From Octopus vulgaris (lineage: Eukaryota), in assembly GCA_951406725.2 (NCBI GenBank), contig OX597814.1:72044001-72108000 (forward strand): a stretch of DNA of 64,000 nucleotides. Direction: 5' to 3'. Below, in pieces: positions 12,340 through 24,299 of the stretch (position 1 is the first letter of the stretch; each line of letters opens with the position of its first letter). The notes beneath the pieces were generated by a model, which was not told the DNA's origin, ran no database searches, and worked only from the letters and a program-made list of their open reading frames with translations. Position numbers and translations under genes: made by a program.

Positions 12340-13037
12340 TATTCAAACTAGAGTATTTATCATAAGTTGTAAGTTTTTTCTTTTGTTTCAAATTTGAATG
12401 AAATCCCAAAGATATAAATGTTAAATTGTTAGAATTGTGCTTTTCTACTCATTGATGTTTCACCTCATGTCAGATCAAGATATTAAACCTAAGACTGTTT
12501 CATAGCCTCATTCAAATAATTGAGGCTAGTAAAAAGACTACAAATTGATAAATATATGTATATATGTAAACTTAAAATTGTTAAAATTTGATGAAAATTT
12601 TTCTAAATAAATTTCACTAAATTCCTCTTAGATTAGTCATTCTAGAGCATATATTTGGGGCTAAAATACAACAGAATTCAGTTCTTATGTTACAGTTAAA
12701 GATATAATGTAGGTTTTGTAATATGACACACACTAGAAATGTAATGCATGGATTTGTAAGATTTATTCTAGAGTTGATTCTGCATATTATTTCCCTTCTT
12801 ATAAACTTCATGCATTGCAGTAGTAGTCTAACCAATGAATAAGGAAAATAATACAGTGCAATACATTTTGTTGTATTCAAACTAGAGTATTTATCATAAG
12901 TTGTGAGTTTTTTCTTTTGTTTCAAATTTGAATGAAATCCCAAAGATATAAATGTTAAATTGTTAGAATTGTGCTTTTCTACTCATTGATGTTTCACCTC
13001 ATGTCAGATCAAGATATTAAACCTAAGACTGTTTCAT
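12340..13037. repeat. local direct duplication of 164 bp (12340-12503, 12874-13037)
   Basis: Near-identical sequence from TATTCAAACTAGAG to AAGACTGTTTCAT occurs twice. Confidence 0.9.
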
Positions 13038-13106
13038 CTTTCCATGAATAGCCAACCACACACTGCATTATGTATGATTTGAAAAAAATGTATCAGTTCT
13101 TTTTAG

Positions 13107-13174
13107 TCAGTCAAGCAACCATGCAGATGTTCGTTTGTCCAGCTAGTATTACCAAGAAATGTCACATAAACCAG
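13107..13174 (+). CDS. candidate exon of IQCH-like gene
   Basis: ttctttttag / CAG-gtgaat; open as SQATMQMFVCPASITKKCHINQ. Confidence 0.45.
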
Positions 13175-13617
13175 GTGAATTTCTACCATTACAATCATAA
13201 AATTTAACAAAGAAACTTCATTGACTAGTGTATTATACCATAAGCCTTAAAATGCTTTTGAAATAAATAAAATTTGAAGAAAAAAGTTTCAAAATTTTAT
13301 TGCAAGTGCATTAAATTGAATTCATTCATAAATATGCATTTCTTTAAAAGGCTTTCTTTCTCTCAAATTCTTAAGTTCCTGTATCTTGTACGTAGAAAAT
13401 TAAAAATTAAAAAAGTACTGTGCAACAAGAGTATGAATAAGAAAAATATTATGTTGGGAATGAACCATCAACAGTTTTTGAAGTCATCAAATGAATAATT
13501 CAAACCGAAAAAATACTGGAAATGTGTTGGGAACAAGAAAATAAATCTCTTTAACTAAATGCAATAATATAAATGTAAAATAAAAAATAGATAAAATAAA
13601 ATAAAATAAAATAAATA

Positions 13618-14918
13618 TATAGGAAGGTAGACACATCACAAACGCCTTCAGGTAGATGGCCCTGCTCAATCTGTAGAAAAGGTGTAGGTAGAAACTCTAT
13701 AAGATGCACCAAGTGTAAGCTATGGACACATAAGAGGTGCAGCAATGTCAAAGGAAGGCTAACTAGGAAGATGGTTTTTGTATGTGGCAGATGGTCAGGA
13801 ACAATAAACACTGAAAATGCTCTGAGACCAACTTCCGTCACTTTCCAGGGAGAAAAACTAGAAATAGTTGATAGCTTCCGTTACCTAGGTGACCAAGTCA
13901 GCAGCGGGGGCGGGTGTGCTGAAAGTGTAACTGCTAGAGTAAGAATAGCTTGGGCAAAGTTCAGAGAGCTCTTACCTCTGCTGGTGACAAAAGGCCTCTC
14001 GCACAGAGTAAAAGGCAGACTGTATGATGCGTGTGTACGAACAGCCATGCTACATGGAAGTGAAACATGGGCCGTGACTGCTGAGGACATGCGTAAACTC
14101 GCAAGAAATGAAGCCAGTATGCTCCGATGGATGTGTAATGTTAGTACTCATACTCGGCAGAGTGTAAGTACCTTGAGAGAAAAGCTGGATCTAAGAAGCA
14201 TCAGTTGTGGTGTGCAAGAGAAACGTTTGCGCTGGTATGGGCATGTGGCGAGAATGGATGAAGATAGTTGTGTGAAAAAGTGTCACACCCTAGTGGTTGA
14301 GGGAACCTGTGGAAGAGGCAGACCCAGGAAAACCTGGGACGAGGTGGTGAAGCACAACCTTCGAACTTTAGGTCTCACTGAGGAAATGACTAGAGACCGA
14401 GACCTCTGGAAGTGTGCTGTGCGTGAGAAGACCTCGCAGGACAAGTGAGACCATAACCCGTGGCCTTCTACATGGGATGGAGCCAGCCTACATATGCATA
14501 CCTTCCCTTCTTGGGACACAAAACCCTACTTGTGAAGACCTGTTGAGGCAAGTGAGGATCAGAATCGAAATCGATCAATGGAAATTGCAGATGAGTTACC
14601 AGTGCCGGTGGCATGTAAGAGAACCATCCATTCGTGACCGTTGCCAGCGCCGCCCCGACTGGCCTCGTGCCGGTGGCACGTAAAAAGCACCATCCGTTCG
14701 TGGCCGTTTGCCAGCTGTCTGGCACCTGTGCGGGTGGCACGTAAAAAGCACCCACTACACTCACGGAGTGGTTGGCATTAGGAAGGACATCCAGCCGTAG
14801 AAACACTGCCAGATCTGACTGGGCCTGATGAAGCCTTCCGGCTTCACAGACCCCAGTTGAACCGTCCAACCCATGCTAGCATGGAAAATGGACGCTAAAC
14901 GATGATGATGATGATGAT
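13618..14918 (+). mobile_element. 5'-truncated RTE LINE
   Basis: ORF 13771-14448 is the RTE C-terminus; modular 3' UTR and (GAT)n tail. Confidence 0.92.
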
Positions 14919-16084
14919 ATATATATATACACATACAAATATATACATACATATACATACACATATTAAATAATAATATAAATAGTATCTATATATGTAT
15001 GTATATATGTGTGTGTGTATGCATATATGGGTACAGGACATCACCAACTGTGTAAACAACATGAAATGCGAAAACAAGTTAAATACGCAAACAACAAAAG
15101 AAAAAATGGAAAACAGGACAAGTAAAAATAGAGAAGAACCATCATCAGTTGTCAGCTGTCTATCTACCCCTCATTTCAATCATTCCTGTTTTTGTTCCCA
15201 ACTTTGACCCTCCATAAATCCTAAATTTTATTTTGGAATTTATGGGAGCAACTGTCTTTGAAGACTCATATTAGAAGCCGTGCTCATGGTGTAGGCAATG
15301 CGACAGAGTACAATAGAGACTGTGCGTTGAATCCCCCCCCCCCCCCCCCGTTGGCTGGAGACGTAACCACACACCAATACGAAACCGGCTGCCTGTCGCG
15401 ACAGCCGGAAAGGTACCTAGGATACCGATTCCAACGCTACAGCCCTGTACTGGTCCACTGCTTTGCGTGAAGACATGTTGAGTGAATAGCAATGCAGCCA
15501 CGCGGGTGCACAGCAATGCACACAGCCCAACTGACCTGGTACTTGGAGCCACTCTATCTTCCGAATGTACGGATCCATTTTGCTGACTTCCCTAACCAAC
15601 ATTGGCACTGTTGACAAGGGACTGTACACCTTGGAGACTTACTGCGGATGGTGGGTATGGACTCACTCGAGAACTGCAAATCATTACGAACCCGCAATTT
15701 CCAGGGCCACCGAGAGCGCACCAGACGTGGCGCTCTACAGGCACCATATCAGTATCTCAAGACAAGCCACTTCCACAGACGTAGTCCTTTACAAAAAAGG
15801 GAGAACTCTTCCCAGAGCTCCCAGCAATGTCTCCAGGCTTGCTTGCATTGCTGCTGCTTTACCTGGCCACTGGCTTTGACGATGAACATGCTACTAGGAG
15901 CATGCCACATTCCTGCCATCAGAGGGGGCACTCTGCTAGTTCCGGTTTATGAATGTTAACCCGATTCCCTTTCAATGCAAGGCCATCCGCTTGCTTGCGC
16001 ACACTAATAAAATCAACGACGGATCTGGCGCATTTCATGGAAGCTTTTACCCACTTCTTAGGACCAACTGGCTCATACTCGACT

Positions 16085-16426
16085 GCCATTGCCAGTCATC
16101 AAATTCGATGACTGGCATCTGTGCTAGTGGAGCGCTAAGAGCACCATCCGCGCGTGATTATTGCCAGAGCAGTTGACTGGCTTCCATGCCAGTGGCACGT
16201 AAAAAGCATCATTCGAGCATGATTGTTACCAGCGACGCCTTAGTGGCACATAAAAGCATCCACTACACTCTCAGAGTGGTTGGCATTAAGAAGGGTATCA
16301 AGCTGTAGAAACTCTGCCAGATCAGATTGGAGCCTTGTGCAGCCATCTGGTTCGCCAGTCCTCAGTCAAATCAGCAAATCCGTGCCAGCATGGAAAGCGG
16401 ACATTAAATGATGATGATGATGATGA
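16085..16426 (+). mobile_element. RTE 3'-UTR-only copy
   Basis: GGCACGTAAAAAGCA modules, GTGGTTGGCATTAAGAAGG, (GAT)n tail. Confidence 0.85.
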
Positions 16427-16755
16427 TATTTCTATGTATGTATGTATATATATATATATATATAGCGGGAGTTTTCTTCTTCAATTTCAACTCCCGCTCG
16501 ATGACCGCAGCAAGTTCTTAAAAATTTATCTTACTATTTTTTTTTTTTTTTTTTTTTTTTTTTATTCGTTGTTACTACGTTTATTCATACACTGTTACGA
16601 AAATTTAACCTTTTTTAGGCTACTTTCAAGCCTTCGCCATAACTTGATTTATCTTTCCTATCGCTCTCTCTACAATATTTAACCGTAGGCTGCCTCAAGC
16701 CGTAATCCCATCTTTTTCCCATCTTTCAGCCATTGGCGGTGCGCCCCCCCCCCCA

Positions 16756-17126
16756 CCCCCACCACCAATACCGTTGAACACTGTTCTCACCCCCACCACC
16801 AATACCGTTGAACACTGTTCTCACCCCCACCACCAATACCGTTGAACACTGTTCTCACCCCCCACCACCAATACCAGTATACCCCGTTCTCTCCATCTAC
16901 ACCGGATACGCCTTACTCATCTACACTGGGTACGCCCTACTCCCTCCTCCTCCCCCCACTACCCCTTCTCCTCATATGCTTAAGACAAGCTGCTAGCGCC
17001 ATAGCTCATCAACTGCCCACCGATCTTACGCTTCCTCCTGACACTGCCTCAATCCGACCATCCCCTTTTAGTACCCTCCCGCCTCGTCAATCCGACCATC
17101 CCCCTTTTAGTACCCTCCCGCCTCGT
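16756..17126 (+). repeat. tandem repeats in RTE 5' region (34-bp x~3.5; ~38-bp x2)
   Basis: CCCCCACCACCAATACCGTTGAACACTGTTCTCA repeated; CAATCCGACCATCCCCTTTTAGTACCCTCCCGCCTCGT repeated. Confidence 0.9.
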
Positions 17127-17499
17127 AATATCCTACGTTTTTATTTCTTAGGAACCTACACCAACCCTTCCTGCCATCGTTCCTCCTTACCCCAACCTTC
17201 CCCACTGGTTGCTCCCCTATATTACCCGCCTCAACTGGACCCCCCCTCCCCAACTCAACTCTAGAATATCTGTATTTCTTTCCTCTACCTAATTACGTTA
17301 CTCAGTGACGATAACAAATGTCCACTGCTAACACCAGCTCCTGCCCACGGCGTGGTCAGGTTGGAAGAGAGATCAAAAGAAAAATACCACGAAAACTATC
17401 ACCACCACTACAACCCTCCTCTTCTCAGGCGCCGAATCCCCCTGTCCCCCCCACATCTCCTTCCCAGTTTTCAGAGTTGGCACTATCAATGTTGGTACA

Positions 17500-20400
17500 T
17501 TGACAGGCAAGTCTAGTGAGATTGTAGAGATGCTAGAGAGAAGACAGGTTGATGTATGCTGCATACAAGAGGTAAGATGGAGAGATGCTTCGGCTAGGGT
17601 CCTCACGGGCAAGGCACTTAGATACAAACTCTACTGGCAAGATAACGCGGAAGGTGTAGGGGGTGTAGGCATTCTCCTTGCGGAGGAATGGGTGGATAAG
17701 GTCATAGAGGTTGTCAGGGTTTGTGATAGAGTGCTTAAGCTCAGGTTGGTCCTACAGAGTGGCACAGCTATGATTATCTCAGCCTATGCCCCACAAGCGG
17801 GACTACCAAATGATCAGAAGGACAACTTTTATGATACCCTTCTGCAGGCTACTTCAAAGACTAGTAACAAGGACCTCATCTTTGTAGGTGGAGATTTTAA
17901 CGGGCATGTTGGGCGGGAATCGGGTATCTTCACTGGGGTACATGGTGGATATGGTATTGGCACCAGAAATGATGAGGGAACTAGACTACTGGAATTCTGT
18001 GATGCATGTAACCTTTCAATCTGCAACACTAACTTCAAGAAGCCAGTCTGCCACCTTATAACTTATCAGTCAGGAGACTCCGCTAGCCAAATAGACTTCA
18101 TCCTCACCAGACAACGGGATGCAGGGTTGCTCTTGAATACAAAGACCCTCCCGGGTGAAGAATGTATCCCTCAGCATAGACTAATCATCAGTGACTTTAA
18201 GCTTGAGGCCAGAAGGACTCCAAGAAACAAACCAATCCAGAAAAGAAGGATTTGGAGGCTAAAGAACCCTTCGCATGGTCAGAAATTTGGGGACATACTC
18301 ATCAAGAAATTTGATGAGAGGGAAGAGGAGCTTCAGACGTCAGACATAGAAGGTAGCTGGGAATTCCTACGGGACAGCTTGTTGAGTGCCACAGACCAAG
18401 TTTGTGGATGGTGCAAAGTCCCTTCCAGACCTAGAATTACGTGGTGGTGGAATAGTGCAGTAGATAAAGCCATCTGTGAAAAGAGACGGGCCTGGAAAGC
18501 CTGGAAGGATGGGGGCAGCAGGGAACTGTACCAGATAGCCAAAAGGGAGGCTGGGCGGCAGGTATACATTGCCAAAGATGTAGCAGAAAAGAAGAAGTTT
18601 GCCAATGTCCAGCATCGCGAGGATCAAAGAGCTGAAGTATTTCGGATTGCCAGACAGTGTGTCAGAGAAAATAGCGATGTTATAGGAGAGAAATGTGTCC
18701 GCATGGATGATGGGGCACTTGCTTTTACTACTAGTGAAAAGAAAGAGGCTTGGAGAAGCCATTATGAAAGACTGCTAAATGAGGAGAATGAATGGGAGGA
18801 GGAGAGCCTGCCAAATGTTGACCCAGTAGAGGGACCAGCTACCCGAATAGACAGCTCCCTTGTAGATAAGGCAATTAAGGATATGAAACCAGGCAAAGCC
18901 CCTGGCCTATCAGGAATCACTGCTGAGATGCTTAAAACAGCTGGCTATGTGGGCCATGCCATAGTCACCCGCATTGTAAACCAGGTAGTTCACAATGGAG
19001 CCATACCCAATGACTGGTGCAGCAGTACCATAGTCAACTGCTACAAGGGTAAGGGTGATGCTCTAGATAGAAATAACTACAGAGGTATCAAACTGTTGGA
19101 CCAGGTGATGAAGGTCTCAGAGAAGGTCATAACCAATCTCATTAGGGAGAGAATTTGTTTAGATGAAATGCAGTTCGGTTTTGTACCAGGTAGAAGCACC
19201 ACTGATGCTATATTCCTGGTCCGACAACTGCAGGAGAAGTACCTAGCTAAAGATAAACCCCTCTACATAGCTTTTGTAGACTTGGAGAAAGCCTTTGACA
19301 GGGTTCCCCGTTCCCTTATCTGGTGGTCGATGCGGAAACTGGAGATTGAAGAATGGCTAATAAGGGCTGTACAGGCTCTATACAGAGAGGCTGTTAGCAA
19401 GGTTAGGATTGGCAACGAATATAGTGAAGAATTCCGAGTAGAAGTAGGTGTGCACCAGGGCTCAGCCCTCAGTCCCCTTTTGTTCATCATAGTCCTTCAA
19501 GCAATAACAGAGGAATTCAAAACGGGATGCCCCTGGGAGCTCCTCTATGCCGATGACCTAGCTCTCATAGCAGAATCACTACCGGAACTAGAAGAGAAAT
19601 TTCGGGTATGGAAGCAAGGGTTGGAATCAAAGGGCCTTAGAATAAATGTAGCAAAGACCAAAGTATTAGTAAGCAGCAAGAGGTACTCAACACACATCCC
19701 CTCGGGTAGGTGGCCCTGCTCAACCTGTAGGAAAGGTACAGGTAGAAACTCCATAAGATGCACCCAATGTAAGTTATGGACACATAAGAGGTGCAGCAAC
19801 ATTAAAGGGAAATTAACAGATAAGATAGCTTTCATGTGCGGCAGATGCACAGGGACAATAGACACAACAGACACTCAGAAAACAGATTCCATCACACTCC
19901 AGGGAGAGAAACTAGAAGTAGTTGATAGTTTCCGCTACCTGGGAGACCAAGTTAGTAGCGGAGGTGGATGCACAGAGAGTATCACCACTAGAATACGAAT
20001 AGCCTGGGCAAAGTTCAGAAAGCTCCTACCCCTACTGGCAACAAAAGGCCTCTCCCTCAGAGCAAAAGGTAGATTATATGATGCATGTGTGCGAACTGCC
20101 ATGCTTCACGGTAATGAAACATGGGCTGTGACTGCAGAAGACATGCGTAGACTTGAAAGAAATGAAGCTAGCATGATCCGCTGGATGTGTAGTGTCAGTG
20201 TGCACGCAAAACAGAGTGTAAGTATCCTGAGAGAAATGCTGGATATAAGAAGCATCAGATGTGGTGTGCAAGAGCGACGCTTGCGATGGTATGGTCATGT
20301 GCTGCGGATGGATGAAGAGAGATGTGTGAAGAAGTGCCACTCCCAAACAGTTGAAGGTATCAGGGGGAGAGGTAGACCCAGGAAGACATGGGATGAGGTG

Positions 20401-20637
20401 GTCAAGCATGACCTCAGAGCATTGGGCCTCACTGAGGCAATGGCGAAGGACCGAGATCTCTGGAGATATGCTGTGACTACAAAGACCCGGGCTGCTTTCT
20501 GCAGCAATTCCACATACCCCCTACCCATTCTAAGTACCCCGGATCCCCAAAGTACCCCGGATCCCCAAAGTACCCTGGATCCCCAAAATACCCCGATCCC
20601 CAAAGTACCCCGGACCTCGTTGCCCCCGTGCCGCTGA
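17500..20637 (+). CDS. RTE ORF: APE endonuclease + reverse transcriptase + PHD-like Zn finger
   Basis: CIQE, GGDFNGH, IDFIL, QH (APE); NYRGIKLL, QFGF, FVDLEKAFD, GVHQGS, YADD, FRYLG, LRWYGHV, GRPRKTW; frame open from 17332 but no in-frame ATG before 17530. Confidence 0.95.
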   Translation: MTGKSSEIVEMLERRQVDVCCIQEVRWRDASARVLTGKALRYKLYWQDNAEGVGGVGILLAEEWVDKVIEVVRVCDRVLKLRLVLQSGTAMIISAYAPQAGLPNDQKDNFYDTLLQATSKTSNKDLIFVGGDFNGHVGRESGIFTGVHGGYGIGTRNDEGTRLLEFCDACNLSICNTNFKKPVCHLITYQSGDSASQIDFILTRQRDAGLLLNTKTLPGEECIPQHRLIISDFKLEARRTPRNKPIQKRRIWRLKNPSHGQKFGDILIKKFDEREEELQTSDIEGSWEFLRDSLLSATDQVCGWCKVPSRPRITWWWNSAVDKAICEKRRAWKAWKDGGSRELYQIAKREAGRQVYIAKDVAEKKKFANVQHREDQRAEVFRIARQCVRENSDVIGEKCVRMDDGALAFTTSEKKEAWRSHYERLLNEENEWEEESLPNVDPVEGPATRIDSSLVDKAIKDMKPGKAPGLSGITAEMLKTAGYVGHAIVTRIVNQVVHNGAIPNDWCSSTIVNCYKGKGDALDRNNYRGIKLLDQVMKVSEKVITNLIRERICLDEMQFGFVPGRSTTDAIFLVRQLQEKYLAKDKPLYIAFVDLEKAFDRVPRSLIWWSMRKLEIEEWLIRAVQALYREAVSKVRIGNEYSEEFRVEVGVHQGSALSPLLFIIVLQAITEEFKTGCPWELLYADDLALIAESLPELEEKFRVWKQGLESKGLRINVAKTKVLVSSKRYSTHIPSGRWPCSTCRKGTGRNSIRCTQCKLWTHKRCSNIKGKLTDKIAFMCGRCTGTIDTTDTQKTDSITLQGEKLEVVDSFRYLGDQVSSGGGCTESITTRIRIAWAKFRKLLPLLATKGLSLRAKGRLYDACVRTAMLHGNETWAVTAEDMRRLERNEASMIRWMCSVSVHAKQSVSILREMLDIRSIRCGVQERRLRWYGHVLRMDEERCVKKCHSQTVEGIRGRGRPRKTWDEVVKHDLRALGLTEAMAKDRDLWRYAVTTKTRAAFCSNSTYPLPILSTPDPQSTPDPQSTLDPQNTPIPKVPRTSLPPCR

Positions 20638-20908
20638 CACGTTAAAATGCTCGAACCGATCGTGACGATGCCGGACCCTCCGGCCCCTGTGCAGGTGGCA
20701 CGTAAAAAGCACCCAATCCACTCACGGAGTGGTTGGCGTTAGGAAGGGCATCCAGCCGTAGAAACTCTGCCAGATTCAGACTGGAGCCTGGAGCGGCCCC
20801 TGGCTTCCCAGACCCGGTCAAACCGTCCAACCCGTGCTAGCGCGGAAAGCGGACGTTAAACGATGATGATGATGATGATGATGATATACATATGTATGTG
20901 CGCATATA

Positions 20909-20946
<38 letters not shown>

Positions 20947-20947
<1 letters not shown>

Positions 20948-21451
20948 CGCACATCCTGGAGTATAATCCGCATTTTTTTCCCAAAATTTAAAGGTCAAAA
21001 TCCCTAGTGCGTACTATATACGAGGTTAAAAATGAAAAGTATTTTCTAAGCAATGTCCGAGTCTCTATTTGCTGTCCGGCAATGTTTATTCAGACGCACT
21101 TTGTGATGTCGGGCGCGAAAATACCTTAAGCTAAACCTGAAAGCAATGAAGTCATAAAAGAATTATCCATAACTTGCAGTAAGCAACATTTATTAAAATA
21201 AAAGTATTCAGAACACAAAATAACATGTAACAAAAACAATTTGCAAACATATTTACATTCCCATATAACAGTTAAGAACATCACCATTATTGTATTACGC
21301 ATGCGCAGAAGTGTTTGTCCGACTAGGTGCTGCTGGCTTAATTATGCACAACTGAAGTTAGAGAAGGGGTGTGTATTATACACAAGGATTAGGTTTTTCA
21401 GAGGTACAGCCCCCTAAAAATCCCCTGCATATTATACTCAAGGCTTTACGG
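20947..21451. mobile_element. Tc1/pogo-type MITE
   Basis: Imperfect TIRs CCGCACATCCTGGAGTATAATCCGCA / TGCATATTATACTCAAGGCTTTACGG, TA on the right flank. Confidence 0.75.
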
Positions 21452-21476
21452 TATATATATGTATGCACACACACAT

Positions 21477-21507
<31 letters not shown>

Positions 21508-21515
21508 ATGTATAT

Positions 21516-24299
21516 AAGCCATTAGAGCAAAGAAACAGGCCTGGAAAGCCTGGAGGGATGGGGGTAGCAGGGAACTGTACCAGATAGCCAAAAGGGAGGC
21601 TGGGCGGCAGGTATACATAGCCAAGGGTGAAGCAGAAAAGAAGTTTGCCAATGTCCAGCGATGTGAAGACAGTGTGTGAGAGAAAATAGTGATGTCACAG
21701 GAGAGAAATGCATCCGCATGGATGATGGTGCACTTGCTTTCAATGTTTCTGAAAAGAAAAAGGCTTGGAGAAGCCATTATGAGAGACTGCTGAATGTGGA
21801 GAATGAATGGAAGGAGGAGAGCCTGCCAAATGTTGACCCAGTAGAGGGACCAGCTATCCAAATAGACAGCTCCCTAGTAGTTAAGGCAATTAAGGGTATG
21901 GAACCAGGAAAAGCCCCCGGCCCATCAGGAATCACTGCCGAGATGCTTAAAACATCTGGTGGCGTGGGCTATGGCCTAGTCACCCGCATTGTAAACCAGG
22001 TAGTTCATAATGGAGTCATACCCAATGACTGGTGTGGCAGCACCATAGTCAACTGCTACAAGGGCAAAGGTGATGCTCTAGATAGAAATAACTACAGGGG
22101 TATTAAACTGTTGGATCAGGTGATGAAGGTCACAGAGAGGGTCATAGCCTATCTCATTAGGGAGAGAGTTTGCTTAGACGAGATGCAGTTCGGTTTTGTG
22201 CCAAGTAGAAGCACCACTGATGCCATATTCCTGGTTCGACAACTGCAGGAAAAATACCTAGCTAAAGATAAACCCCTCTACATAGGACTTGGAGAAAGCC
22301 TTTGACAGGGTCCCCCGATCCCTTATCTGGTGGTCGATGCGGAAACTCGAGATTGATGAATGGTTAATAAGGGCTGTACAGGCCCTATACAGAGAGGCTG
22401 TCAGCAAGGTTAGGATTGGCAATGAGTATAGTGAAGAATTCCGGGTAGAAGTAGGTGTCCACCAAGGCTCAGCCCTCAGTCCCTTTTTATTCATCATAGT
22501 CCTCCAGGCAATAACAGAGGAATTCAAAACAGGTTGCCCCTAGGAGCTCCTCTATGCTGATGACCTGGCCCTCATAGCAGAATCACTACCGGAACTAGAA
22601 AAGAAATTTCGGGTGTGGAAGCAAGGTTTAGAATCAAAGGGCCTTAGAGTAGATGTAGCAAAGACAAAAGTTATAGTAAGCAGAAAGGCGAACTCATCAC
22701 ACACACCCTCGGGCAGGTGGCCCTGCTCGATCTGTAGGAAAGGTGTAGGTAGAAACTCCATAAGATGTACCCAGTGTAAGCTATGGACACATAAGAGGTG
22801 CAGCAACATCAAAGGAAAATTAACTGATAAGATAGCTTTCGTGTGCGGCAGATGCACAGGGGCAATAGACACCACAGATACTCAGAAAACAGATTCCTTC
22901 ACACTTCAGGGGAAGAAACTAAAAGTAGTTGATAGTTTCCTCTACCTAGGTGACCAAGTTAGTTGTGTAGGTGGATGCTCAGAGAGCGTCACCAATAGAA
23001 TACGAATAGCCTGGGCAAAGTTTCAAAAGCTCCTACCCCTACTGGTGACAAAGAGTTTCTCGCTCAGAGTGAAAGGTAGATTGTATGATGCATGTGTGCA
23101 AACCACTATGCTTCACGGTAGTGAAACATGGGCTGTGACTGCAGAGGACATGCGTAGACTTGAAAGAAATGAAGCTAGCATGATCTGCTGGATGTGTAAC
23201 GTCAGTGTGCACACACGACAGAGTGTGAGCGCCTTGAGAGAAATGCTGGACATAAGCATCAGATGTGGTGTGCGAGTGAGACGTTTGCGCTGGTATGGCC
23301 ATGTACTGCGGATGGATGAGGAGAGATGTGTGAAGAAGTGCCACTCCCAAACAGTTGAAGGTATCAGGGGGAGAGGTAGACCCAGGAAGACATGGGATGA
23401 GGTAGTCAAGCATGACCTTCGAACGTTGGGCCTCACAGAGGCAATGACGAAGGACCGAGATCTCTGGAGATAAGCTGTGACTGCAAAGACCCGGGCTGCT
23501 TCCTCCACCAATTTCACATAGCCCCAGCCCATCCAAAGTACCTGGATTGCAGAACGACCTGCTGTGCTTACCTTGGATTGTGATGGTGACCTACTGTGCT
23601 TACCTTGGATTGTGATGGTGACCTACTGTGCTTACCTTGGATTGTGATGGTGACCTGCTGTGCTTACCTTGGATTGTGATGGTGACCTGCTGTGCTTACC
23701 TTACCTTGTGATGGTGACCTGCTGTGCTTGAGGAGACCTATTGAGTCAAGTACATCAGTATCAGTATCAAAACAAATATCAAATGGAAATTGTAGTTACG
23801 CAATACCTGTGCCGGCAGCATGTAAAAAGCACCATCCGAACGTGGCCGATGCCAACATTGCCTTGACTAGCTTCTGTGCCGGTGCACATGACCTGCTGTG
23901 CTTGAGGAGACCTATTGAGTCAAGTACATCGACATCAAAATGAAAATCAAATGGAAATTGTAGTTGTGATACCTGTGCCAGTGGCACATAAAAAGCACCA
24001 TCCGAACGTGGCCGATGCCAGCGTCGACTTGACTATCTTCTGTGCCGGTGGCATGTAAAAAGCACCAACCGATCGTGGTCGCTGCCAGCCTACCCTGGCA
24101 CGTAAAAAGCACCCACTACACTCACGGAGTGGTTGGCGTTAGGAAGGGCATCCAGCTGTAGAAACCCTGCCAGATCAGACTGGAGCCTGGTGCAGCCTCC
24201 TGGCTTTCCAGACCCCGGTCGAACTATCCAGCCGATGCTAGCACGGAAAACGGACGTTAAACGATGATGATGATGATGATGATGACGACAACGACGACG
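21516..24299 (+). mobile_element. 5'-truncated RTE LINE with frameshifts/stops and internally duplicated 3' UTR
   Basis: ORF pieces 21676-22305, 22289-22543, 22613-23473 match the intact copy; 32-bp tandem ACCTGCTGTGCTTACCTTGGATTGTGATGGTG at ~23557-23729; (GAT)n tail. Confidence 0.93.

Larger units (their letters stand above)
16464..20885 (+). mobile_element. apparently full-length RTE-clade LINE inserted in a TA-rich microsatellite
   Basis: ~1-kb C-rich 5' region, single long ORF, 3' UTR and (GAT)n tail; TA-rich flanks; 5' boundary inferred. Confidence 0.88.

Noticed and set aside
15020-15190. Minus-strand GAAA...CUGAUGA in a dispersed repeat
   Set aside because: Stems I and III cannot be formed convincingly
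16464-16720. HDV-like ribozyme at the RTE 5' end
   Set aside because: Only a simple hairpin is visible; I could not build the nested double pseudoknot
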